In this document: in pieces, positions 32,412-41,576 of the stretch
Numbering within the stretch: the first letter of the stretch is position 1
How the letters are laid out: each line of letters begins with the position of its first letter
NCBI GenBank assembly: GCA_000002445.1
Contig: CH464491.1
Coordinates: forward strand, 2,368,001 to 2,432,000
From: Trypanosoma brucei
Lineage: Eukaryota
Reading direction: 5' to 3'
Length of the DNA stretch: 64,000 nt
Translations under genes and position numbers: made by a program
The notes under the pieces: model-generated
Databases searched by the model: none
Told to the model about the DNA's origin: nothing
What the model saw: only the letters and a program-made list of their open reading frames with translations

Positions 32412-34553
32412 ATGCATTCGAAAGCATCCTCTGTTTACATCGAGGCGTGCAAACGCGACCACGCAGAGTGTGCATTGGAGTTTGTGTACGCCTTGGATAA
32501 CAATGAGTCAGAGGTGTGTCTTTCCAACCGAACCGTGCACCTTAATGATATCGATGTGAAATGTATTGCCGAAACACTGCAGACCACTCGACACACCGTC
32601 CGCGCCCTGATCATGGAGGGAAACGCCTTCGGGTTGAATGGACTTCAGGCATTGCTTGAGGCAATAGAGGTGAACCCTGGAATTGTGCGCGAGCTGAGGC
32701 TCGGGCGGAACAAGTTGAAGGACCAAGCAGCTGTTGTTATTGGGCATGTACTCTCTCGAAGTGGTTGTGGACTACGAGTACTTGACTTGTCTGAGAACGA
32801 AATCACTAAACTGGGTGTTATACCTATAGCAGCCGCTCTAAGCAATGGCTTATGTGATATTGTAGAACTTTCCTTCCACAATAATAAGATCGAAGCTGAT
32901 GCCGCGACGTACCTTGGACAGGCTATCCGTCAGGCTGGGAAACTGAAACACCTTCATCTTGGTTACAACACCATACGCGACGAGGGTGCTGTACAGCTTG
33001 CCAAGTGCATTCCGGTTACCGTCAGTTTATCAACCCTGGATCTTACCGCAAACCGTATTGGCGCAAGCGGTGGCAGGGAACTGGCCAGAGCTTTGATGAC
33101 AACCACATGCAATATACAGCGGTTGAACCTTCGCCACAATTTATTTGATAGCGAAACAATCGAGATGTACGGTGAGGTGATTGCAAGGAATACTTCCCTC
33201 ATTCAACTCTTCTTGGGTTTTATGAACCCTGCCCCAGAGTCAGCCGCGGTGGTGCTTTCCTCGCTCAGGAAGAACCGCACGATGCTGCTGTTGGATATAT
33301 ACGGCTGGAAGCTTCCACCTGATGAGGCGTGGACCATCATTAACAGTATACAGAAATCCAACACTATCCTTATGGCCCTAGTGACTGATGCCTGTCAGAG
33401 TATAGCAAAACAGATAGACCAAGGAAATGAGGAGAGAGACTATCAAGGCCAATATCCTATATATGTCGGCCCAGACGACCGCGACGCATACATGGCCACA
33501 AAGAGTCTACGTCGTGCCTCCCGCGCGCAATCGAGACGCCAATCACGGAGCAATTCCCGCATAGCGAGTTCACGAAATGCGACTCCCTCTGCTCTCACCA
33601 CTCCCGTCAACCGAAGGCAGCACGAGCGTACCTCTTCTCGGAAGAACTCTGAGAACCAGTCACGGCAATCAGCAAGTAATTCTCAAATCGGTCGAGAACC
33701 TAACTCTCAGAGAGACCAAAGCTATGTGGTCCCTCCCCATACGACGTCCACCGACAGGTCCCAGGAGAAGCATCGCGACATTCAAAGACGCTCGAGTAGA
33801 GGACTGGATCCCAGTGCCTCATACGATGCGCGAGTTAATCAGGGGACCAACGATGCTTCCCCAATGTCCGTATTTGAACTCGCACAATCAAATAAGGCCC
33901 TTGAGAGCCTTGTTGATGAGCTGCGACGGGAAATTGCGAGGCAAAAGGAGAACTATCGTGCCCTGGAAGCCCGCGTGACCGCATTGGAGATGCAGGGTCG
34001 GTGCCCCACCGTGCCTCAGCACCGTACCTCAGGGGTCCCCTCTCGGGAGGAAACCGTTGATCTCCGTCGATTGGGGAGGCCGCCGAGCACCACGAACGAT
34101 GATGCCTCACACCCAGCGAAGTCAATTATGAGTACTCCCTGCAACAGTGAGCGGGCGTATGATTTGCCTTCCCCTGGCGACCTTCGGCGAACAAACACGC
34201 AGTCGGATTTTGCACCCCCCAACCGATCAGCCTCTGCGGTGGAGTTATATTCCTTGAGGAGGAGGCGAAGCAATGCGCTAATAACTACCGGCCACGACCT
34301 TAACCAAAGTCGAACGAGCGAGGTGGAATCTCGCGGGGCGCCTGCCGAGTACCCACAGTTGAATTCACTTCGTGGTGATCCGTCATTCCCCCCAGCTGAA
34401 CCGGTACAACTTCCAATGGAAAACAAACCACTCGAAGTGGTGCTGCAAACATCCGCGAAACCACGCGAAGAGACTACAGTCTACTTGGGGCCCGGACCGT
34501 GCAAAGATAAGGACCCACCGCGCCGTAAAGGTTCCGTCCAATCCATATATTGA
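32412..34553 (+). CDS. Leucine-rich-repeat protein (ribonuclease-inhibitor-like LRRs) with long S/R/P-rich low-complexity C-terminal half
   Basis: 713 aa. The N-terminal ~330 aa hold repeated 28-29-residue LxxLxLxxNxIxxxGaxxLaxaL units (LRVLDLSENEITKLGVIPIAAAL; LKHLHLGYNTIRDEGAVQLAKCI; LSTLDLTANRIGASGGRELARAL). The C-terminus is rich in S, R, P, T. Confidence 0.75.
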   Translation: MHSKASSVYIEACKRDHAECALEFVYALDNNESEVCLSNRTVHLNDIDVKCIAETLQTTRHTVRALIMEGNAFGLNGLQALLEAIEVNPGIVRELRLGRNKLKDQAAVVIGHVLSRSGCGLRVLDLSENEITKLGVIPIAAALSNGLCDIVELSFHNNKIEADAATYLGQAIRQAGKLKHLHLGYNTIRDEGAVQLAKCIPVTVSLSTLDLTANRIGASGGRELARALMTTTCNIQRLNLRHNLFDSETIEMYGEVIARNTSLIQLFLGFMNPAPESAAVVLSSLRKNRTMLLLDIYGWKLPPDEAWTIINSIQKSNTILMALVTDACQSIAKQIDQGNEERDYQGQYPIYVGPDDRDAYMATKSLRRASRAQSRRQSRSNSRIASSRNATPSALTTPVNRRQHERTSSRKNSENQSRQSASNSQIGREPNSQRDQSYVVPPHTTSTDRSQEKHRDIQRRSSRGLDPSASYDARVNQGTNDASPMSVFELAQSNKALESLVDELRREIARQKENYRALEARVTALEMQGRCPTVPQHRTSGVPSREETVDLRRLGRPPSTTNDDASHPAKSIMSTPCNSERAYDLPSPGDLRRTNTQSDFAPPNRSASAVELYSLRRRRSNALITTGHDLNQSRTSEVESRGAPAEYPQLNSLRGDPSFPPAEPVQLPMENKPLEVVLQTSAKPREETTVYLGPGPCKDKDPPRRKGSVQSIY

Positions 34554-35175
34554 TAGAGGATGCAAAATATATTTAAGTTGACACGTGAAGGGGAAAACTT
34601 ATTATAAAGGTTTTGCAAACCAAAGAGTGAACTTGATAGAATAGGCGTGATGGATTAGAGGGGATCGACGGATAAAAATCTGTGGGCACGACGAAGGAAA
34701 TGCTGAAACGGTGAGGGAGATTGGTGTGTAGGGTTAGACCTACCGTATAACCATCAGAAGTGGCAACAGAGGGCGGTGGAGCGTCAGAAAGGATCTGAGG
34801 ACTTGATTATTCGACGTCGTTTCGTAGACGGCGTGTCCCGTTGCATTACGAGGTGGGACCCAGTGTGGACAACGCACGTACTCGTATGTAAGGAGGATAA
34901 CATGCAATTGTTATTTCATTTGCGTTCTGCAAGGAGTAAGTTCCTCCCCACCACCACCCTGCGGTGCGATGCCTCACTTCACATAGTACTATGTGGAGTA
35001 GTCTGCTGTGCTTGTAGTAGTTCGACGTATTTTGTGCCAACTACTCTACTGCTTTTTTTTTTGACCATTTTCGGTAGTTGCGACTTGTTCTGTTTGTGTC
35101 TGACCCTTTCGATGCTTCAAAAAAAAAAAAACGGAACACATACGGTAAAAGTGTAATTAATTCACTTCCCTCATC

Positions 35176-38100
35176 TTGAATACTTGGAATGCCGCGGGGG
35201 AACTGTCGGTAATACTTAGAGTGATTCATCGTTTTTTTTTTCGTTTTCACCACCTCTACACTGTTTTCCCGGATTTCAATTTATCTTCTTTCCTCGTAAC
35301 CAGGGATAGTGACGCGGGGATGTCCGCATTTGAGTTTCTTCGGGGGAAGCTCGGCGGCAAGGTACCCGTGCGTTTGGATTGTGTACCACCTTGGACCCAG
35401 TGCTCGTCAGGGGGAAAAGTGGAAGAGGCAGATTGGCAGTCGGCACTCGATGCACTTTCCGCTGGGCAGTTGTTTCTACTCAGAGGCATTATGTCAGAAT
35501 GGCGGTCCGGTAACCTTGTTCAAGTGAATCGCTATCTTCAGGGTTGCACCGCTTACTTCGACCCCAGTAAGCCGCATCTATTGGCGTACTTCGTCGGCCT
35601 CGGTGGTATTGACTTATTCGTGACGTTATTGTGCGATGTTAATGTGCCGAATGGGGCTACTGATAGTTCTCCCCAAGCGCCCTTTAGAGCGGACTCACAA
35701 GACACGACTCCCTTCCACCTTGTCGGTGCTATCGATTTAATGTTACGTGTTCTAACGGAGCTAATGGTATGCCACAACGAACTTGGTTGGTATTATTACG
35801 ACCGATACCCCGGACTGTTTTTCCGACTACTCGAGCTTGCTAACGTGCCAGAGTTGAGATTGGTGTCTTTGATGATGCTGGAGCACCTCCTTCTTTGCGT
35901 AGGACCCGTGCTAGAGATATCAAAGGTTCCGGCGTTGCAGAAACTCATTCGTGTCGGTGACGATGTGGTGCTGGCTGTTATATGCCGCGTTGTTTCTCTT
36001 TTGATTGTGCCTGGTGTAGTGCTTGATCAGAGGGAGTCCGTTCCACACCGCCTTCTCTTTCCCGAAACCTTGCTTCCACTTCAACGCATCCAACGTGTCA
36101 TCGATAGCAACGTTTTGTGGCTCATTGGTGAGAAGGGACTCGTACAGCGCCTGGTGGCGTTGTGTGAAGTGACGGAGCCGAACAGCTTTCGCATGGCCCT
36201 TGGCAGCGAAAATCTTTCAAACTCACTTGCCGGTTACTCATTCCCTGTTTTGCTCCCGAATGAAGCTAGAGCAGCAACCCCGATTACCACCCGAGGGTTG
36301 GACGTAAACGGTTTAACCGAATACGGTCTCGGTGATCCCAATGTTCTTCAGCCTTTTGTAGCAGATGGTAATGGCGTTGACCGCGGGGAGGGTGGCCGTG
36401 TTCGTGATTATGCCAGCAGCGTGGGCGCTAACCCTGTTAGTCCAACGGCAACCTTGCCGGTTGAAGTGGTGGATACACTTCGGGCCTTCCTGCAGCCCTC
36501 ATTGGGTGTTTCGGCGGCGTTGTATCAAGATGATGATGGTGCGTCTGAAATTTCTGTTGAGACGACCGGCTCAGGTATAGATTTTAGTTGGTTTGTTGGT
36601 TGTGTGGATGCTAAGCAAAGATGGAGACTCCGCGATCTGACGCTGTGTGAGGAACTAGACGACAACCGTGTGCTTCTTTGTGGATTTGGACCACCCTCTG
36701 ATAAAAAGGCGAAAGAGAGTTTTGAGGAGAAAAACCGTGCCTTCTGGAACTTCCTTTCTCCAGTAATGCGGGTTCCCCTTACATTACACAACAGGTATGC
36801 AATTGTTGGTGCGCAAAGTGAGGTCATTTTTGTACTGAATGTCATGCTATCCACCTTCTTCGTCGGAGATGTGTGGCGGACGATGAAGGAATGCAAGTGG
36901 ATTGAGGTAGCGAGTAAATTCTACGATAGGGCATTCCAACCTCGCGGTGACAGTCAAGTTTTGTCTCCGTATCTTGAGCAGTGGCAGCACATGCAAGAAC
37001 TGCGGCTTCTCCCTCGCTTTTTAATACCTGAAAATGGCGCTGGGGAAGCCAGAAGAGCACCGAAGCAGCGCACTATTAAGCGCGGCTACGCTGCGGAGAA
37101 ATACCACAGGAACGAGGACGGTGTGGACGACAACAGTAACAGCAGTGACAGTGAGGCTGATAGTGACGATGAACGCGAAGAGGGACATCTGTTATCTGCC
37201 ATGCGACCGGGAGAGGACAAGGAGGCGTATAGGCGACCTAACAGTGGCCACATGAACGCGGATAGTGAAGAAGGAATAGACGAAAAAACTCATCATCACG
37301 AGGCGGAAACAATACGAAAATTGGAGTTGTTGCGCGGTGTGTTGGAATTCTTGAACACCCAGGACCGTTTTGAGTGCTCCATGCTTCAGCAAGGTGACAT
37401 TTTGAGTCAGGCCGCTCCATTGGCGCTTAAGGTAGCTAAGATGCTAGCAAATCGCAGTGAGGACAGCTGTGTTGAGACGACAGCTTGCCACGCACTGGAG
37501 GGTTATCTTAGGTGTTTTTCCTTTGGTTGTGTGAGTAGGAGCTCTCCAAATGAACCACAAACAGCTATTGGTGATATTCTCATGAGATCTATATTAGAGC
37601 ACCGTGTGTACAACGCTACATTCGTGCCTGGGCTCAGTGATTCTCTCACTCCCTCGAAGCGGATCGAAAGTGTATTCTCTTTGCTTGGAGAACTCGTTCG
37701 ATATCACTATGATAACCTTATGCTTCTTCAAGAGTATGTAATAGGGAACGTGGAATTATCCCACCTCAACGATCCCGCAGTCACGGTTTCATCTCATTCC
37801 CGTCAGCTACATGTTGGGTCAGGGCAAGTAGAGCAACTCATTCGTCTTCCTCCACTTGACAGAGAGGAGCATGAACCTTTCGTTCGAGTGCTCCTGCGTC
37901 GCCTGCGTGGCTACGGGTGCGACACCAACCTGTTTATGCGCAGCCTCCTGCTTTCGTTGACTCCAGGGCTGCGGTCTAAGATAAATTACATGTGGAAACC
38001 GGTCACTGAAGCCACGGTGGATGCGGGCGAGTCGCTCAGCTCCTCCTCTCGTATTGGAGACATCGTAACCGGCTACGCGCACCGGTTCAGTTACATCACC

Positions 38101-39057
38101 GCGTGTTCAAGGAGGTTCGTTGTAGTTATCAGCGAGATGCAACGAATGGAAAAGGCACTGGGAAAAGCGGCCGATGCGCCTACTTCGACTCCCGATCCAA
38201 CACGAGCGTTGGAGAATGCACGTTCCTCCTCTTTTGGACATATCGCTCACTTGACACTATGGGATATGTTGCAACTGTTATTGCGGAGCCCGCACCGCTT
38301 TTCACTGGAGGAAAGACCGTTTCCCGTGTTTTTTGACGACACCGACCGGGCAATTGTAATGGGTGAGATTGACTTGCCGCTGGTGGGCCCGCCTCCGCAT
38401 CTTGTTCAGCCTCTTTTCGAGAAGAGAGATCACTATAAGTCACTTTCGGAGCTCGAGAAAACTCTGCTCCGGGAGCCGCATGAGCTAGTATATGGCATGT
38501 TGGGGCCACTGAACGCGGAGAGAATCCACGGTACTGGGCGTCTTTGTGTGGTTACAACTTGCATTTTAGTTTTTGCTCGCGTTGCCTGTTTAGGTGGCGC
38601 TGGTGCCGTCCGCGGTGTGCTGGAAAAGCTAAAGCCGCTGGCGCGGGTAGGCTATGAGAAGTGGAAAAAGGAACGAGAAGCCCTTGGTCGAGGTGTGAAA
38701 AAAAGGAGGCGTGGCGACAGGTGGGGCCCGGGAAGGTGCTTTAATGATGATCGTGCTGCTTCTGATGGTCAGTGCCACTGTAAGGCAGAGGATGGCCGCC
38801 TCCGATGCTCTGCATTTCTACTACACGGCCACTGTAAGCCACTTGGCGCTGTTGAGTTGTACTACAGGTGCTATGGTGGGTGCTTTTTCCGAAACATGTT
38901 CCGACTTCTTTGCTTCTGGGTGGGGCACTACGGGGCATGCCAGCGCTACGTGGAGACGCTATTTTACTGCACCGAAGTGCCATTCGCCGAGTTGAAGAGT
39001 GTAATGTTGTATCTGTTCCGGCTGTTGCCTGATTACTTTCTTCCGGACATGGCGTGA
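35176..39057 (+). CDS. Large conserved hypothetical protein (~1290 aa) with internal acidic/Ser-rich insert
   Basis: Uninterrupted 3.9-kb ORF in the gene train; plausible start Met 35323 (MSAFEFLRGK...). Acidic cluster NSNSSDSEADSDDEREEGH near aa 640-670. Cys/His/Trp-rich C-terminus. No family recognised. Confidence 0.65.
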   Translation: MNTWNAAGELSVILRVIHRFFFRFHHLYTVFPDFNLSSFLVTRDSDAGMSAFEFLRGKLGGKVPVRLDCVPPWTQCSSGGKVEEADWQSALDALSAGQLFLLRGIMSEWRSGNLVQVNRYLQGCTAYFDPSKPHLLAYFVGLGGIDLFVTLLCDVNVPNGATDSSPQAPFRADSQDTTPFHLVGAIDLMLRVLTELMVCHNELGWYYYDRYPGLFFRLLELANVPELRLVSLMMLEHLLLCVGPVLEISKVPALQKLIRVGDDVVLAVICRVVSLLIVPGVVLDQRESVPHRLLFPETLLPLQRIQRVIDSNVLWLIGEKGLVQRLVALCEVTEPNSFRMALGSENLSNSLAGYSFPVLLPNEARAATPITTRGLDVNGLTEYGLGDPNVLQPFVADGNGVDRGEGGRVRDYASSVGANPVSPTATLPVEVVDTLRAFLQPSLGVSAALYQDDDGASEISVETTGSGIDFSWFVGCVDAKQRWRLRDLTLCEELDDNRVLLCGFGPPSDKKAKESFEEKNRAFWNFLSPVMRVPLTLHNRYAIVGAQSEVIFVLNVMLSTFFVGDVWRTMKECKWIEVASKFYDRAFQPRGDSQVLSPYLEQWQHMQELRLLPRFLIPENGAGEARRAPKQRTIKRGYAAEKYHRNEDGVDDNSNSSDSEADSDDEREEGHLLSAMRPGEDKEAYRRPNSGHMNADSEEGIDEKTHHHEAETIRKLELLRGVLEFLNTQDRFECSMLQQGDILSQAAPLALKVAKMLANRSEDSCVETTACHALEGYLRCFSFGCVSRSSPNEPQTAIGDILMRSILEHRVYNATFVPGLSDSLTPSKRIESVFSLLGELVRYHYDNLMLLQEYVIGNVELSHLNDPAVTVSSHSRQLHVGSGQVEQLIRLPPLDREEHEPFVRVLLRRLRGYGCDTNLFMRSLLLSLTPGLRSKINYMWKPVTEATVDAGESLSSSSRIGDIVTGYAHRFSYITACSRRFVVVISEMQRMEKALGKAADAPTSTPDPTRALENARSSSFGHIAHLTLWDMLQLLLRSPHRFSLEERPFPVFFDDTDRAIVMGEIDLPLVGPPPHLVQPLFEKRDHYKSLSELEKTLLREPHELVYGMLGPLNAERIHGTGRLCVVTTCILVFARVACLGGAGAVRGVLEKLKPLARVGYEKWKKEREALGRGVKKRRRGDRWGPGRCFNDDRAASDGQCHCKAEDGRLRCSAFLLHGHCKPLGAVELYYRCYGGCFFRNMFRLLCFWVGHYGACQRYVETLFYCTEVPFAELKSVMLYLFRLLPDYFLPDMA

Positions 39058-40553
39058 CGAAGGTGAAGTTTGGCTGCTCTATGCGCGCTATCTATGTCTA
39101 TATCTATATATTGCATACACCCGTGCACTGCTAGTTTTCCTGGTGGTTGAGTTACATCAGTACACAAGGACGGAGGGAAAAGGCTGGCTATTCGGCTTGT
39201 AAGATGCAATCCGGAAAAGGGTGTCCGTTTCGGGTAGCGTCCGTGTGGAGTTTTAAGGTGAGGTTGCCTGTAGCAGGTTGTTGGGAACTCGCGCTGGCGA
39301 AAAGTAGGGTATCTGTAACATAAATAAGGGAACGAAAGCAAGCCATAGAGGGGAAAAACATGTCAACGGGCGTGCGAGATTAATTAGCATGGGCTCGGTG
39401 GTAGCAGGTAATGGTATTAAACCGGAAATGTGAGACTGGACACAGTGGACCTCAAGAAATATATACATGCGTGTGTGTGTGTTTGTATTTCCCACGAAAA
39501 GGTGGAGCAAAGTGTCCGTGAGTTCCTCCTTTTTTGTTCCGTTTGTTGTTTACTGATTTCTCGCATTCAACATGCCCCACCCCTCCCCACTCCAAAAAAA
39601 AAAAGTGGTCGACTTAACGTGAACGACGGCTGAGTGCGGTTTAAGCGGTGATTGAGCGTGAGGGAAGGACATGCGCACATGTGTGGGAGAATTACCTTTG
39701 TTGTTATAGAGTCACCATTGCTCCCTTCGTATGATATGAGTGCCTGTGCAAACTCTTCCACGTAGCTGATTCGCGACCGAAACACGAATCAAATAAAGTT
39801 ACGAAGGGTGTATTCCTGCGACAGTCTGAGGGGGATTATTACTTTCCACACTTACTCACATTCATTCATTTATTTGCTTTGCTTTCCTTTCCGTGTTCGT
39901 TCTTTTCCTTATATCTTCTGGTTGGTTTTGAAAATTGTAGGTTGACAGGCTGAAACACGAGGGAACGTATACGTGTGTGTGTTTGTGTGTTGGGGAAGCG
40001 GGTTGTGACCGCAGGATTTGCGTGATTGTCGAGAAAACGAAGTGAGATTGTCATTTTTCCGTTTCCTCTGCTCACTTACCCTTTTTTCCACTACGTAACG
40101 GTGGACCATTTTGAGGTAAGGGGTTGTCTACCAACCCACAAGCAAGCGGATATTTATTTGTACACGTGTATATACATATACGTGGATCCTCTTGAGAAAC
40201 TCGCCGTGTACCCGACAAAGCGCCTGCAATCGAAGAGTTTGTGAGGTTCATGCGATGGGGAGGGCACGCCATTCCTCTTTTGCGCCTTTTCAACCTTCAC
40301 CGAAGTCACCACCACCATTTACTATGTAGCGTATGTGGCTGAGAACACTGCCAACATTTGGTAATGATTCTCCAATTGTATCCCTTGTTTTGTACATACA
40401 GTTGTGTTTGCTGCATTTTATCGCTTACAGGCTGTTTAGCAATACATATATTGCTTTCCCTTTTGTTTGTGGGTGCATGCACTGGGCGGTGAAAGGCTGA
40501 ACAGGGTTTAAAATACATTCAGGCAAGCAAGAAATTTCCTTTTACAATCAACA

Positions 40554-41021
40554 ATGACGCGCAAGGTGGCTATCGGTGCTGACCACATCGGCTTCCCCAT
40601 TCACGAAAGCATTGTGCGGTACGTGCGGGAAGCAGGTGAGGAATTTGAACCTGTCTACATTGGCCCGCACAGTTTGGAGAGAGTTGACTACCCCGATTAC
40701 GCCCTCAATGTGGCACGGATGGTCGCCCGTGGCGAGGCGGACGTCGGTATTCTTGTTTGCGGCAGCGGAATTGGTATGTCGATCGCGGCAAATAAAGTCC
40801 CAGGAATTCGTGCTGCGCTTTGTTTCGACCACTATACGGCGGTCATGGCAAGACAGCACAACGATGCAAATGTCGTGTGCCTCGGGGAGCGCACGACGGG
40901 GCCGGCTGTGCTCAGGGAAATTATCATGACGTTCCTGCAGACACCATACAGCGGGGAGGACCGTCACACGCAGCGGCTGGAGAAGATTAAGGCTGCCGAA
41001 TCTAACACGAATGGTTGTTAG
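40554..41021 (+). CDS. rpiB: Ribose-5-phosphate isomerase B (RpiB/LacAB family)
   Basis: 155 aa. MTRKVAIGADHIGF...GILVCGSGIGMSIAANKVPGIRAALC...HNDANVVCLGERT matches the RpiB fold and active-site regions, including the Cys in GILVCGSG and the His in DHYTA. Type-B RPI is the form known in trypanosomatids. Confidence 0.9.
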   Translation: MTRKVAIGADHIGFPIHESIVRYVREAGEEFEPVYIGPHSLERVDYPDYALNVARMVARGEADVGILVCGSGIGMSIAANKVPGIRAALCFDHYTAVMARQHNDANVVCLGERTTGPAVLREIIMTFLQTPYSGEDRHTQRLEKIKAAESNTNGC

Positions 41022-41576
41022 GCCATATTTGGTAAATGATAATCCGAAAACGTTCAGCATACGCTAAATAAGCGAGAGAAAGGGTTGACAGATTAATATG
41101 AAAGTGAAACCAGAATCGACGTCAGAAGCGTAATTGACAACAAAGACGTAGCTGCAGGGGAATATGTAAACGAAGTTGGAGGCTGAAGGGAAAGATGCGA
41201 AGGTGAGGAGGGAGAAATATACTCGTATTAGAAGTTGAGGAGGAAGAGCGTTGTGGAAGAGGATGTTGTGAGAAGGCAAGCATAAACACTACTGGCACAC
41301 CAAACTGGTTGACATATGCTTTTTGCCCTTTTTTTCGAGTCAAACATATGTTGAGGGGATTCCTCCTGGTGGCGGACCCGCCGCTGCCCCGTGCCGGTTT
41401 CCCACGACGGTAAGCCCGCCTCACGTTCCCATCCTTTACCTCTTCCTAACTTTCTTGTGCTGGTGTGGACTCTCTCTAATCAGAAGAAAAAATCTTTGCA
41501 GTAAAGTCCACCATTGTCTTTCCCTTAGTACCTAGTACCAGCCGCGTGGTTGATTAACTTTTTGTAAAGGCAATTA

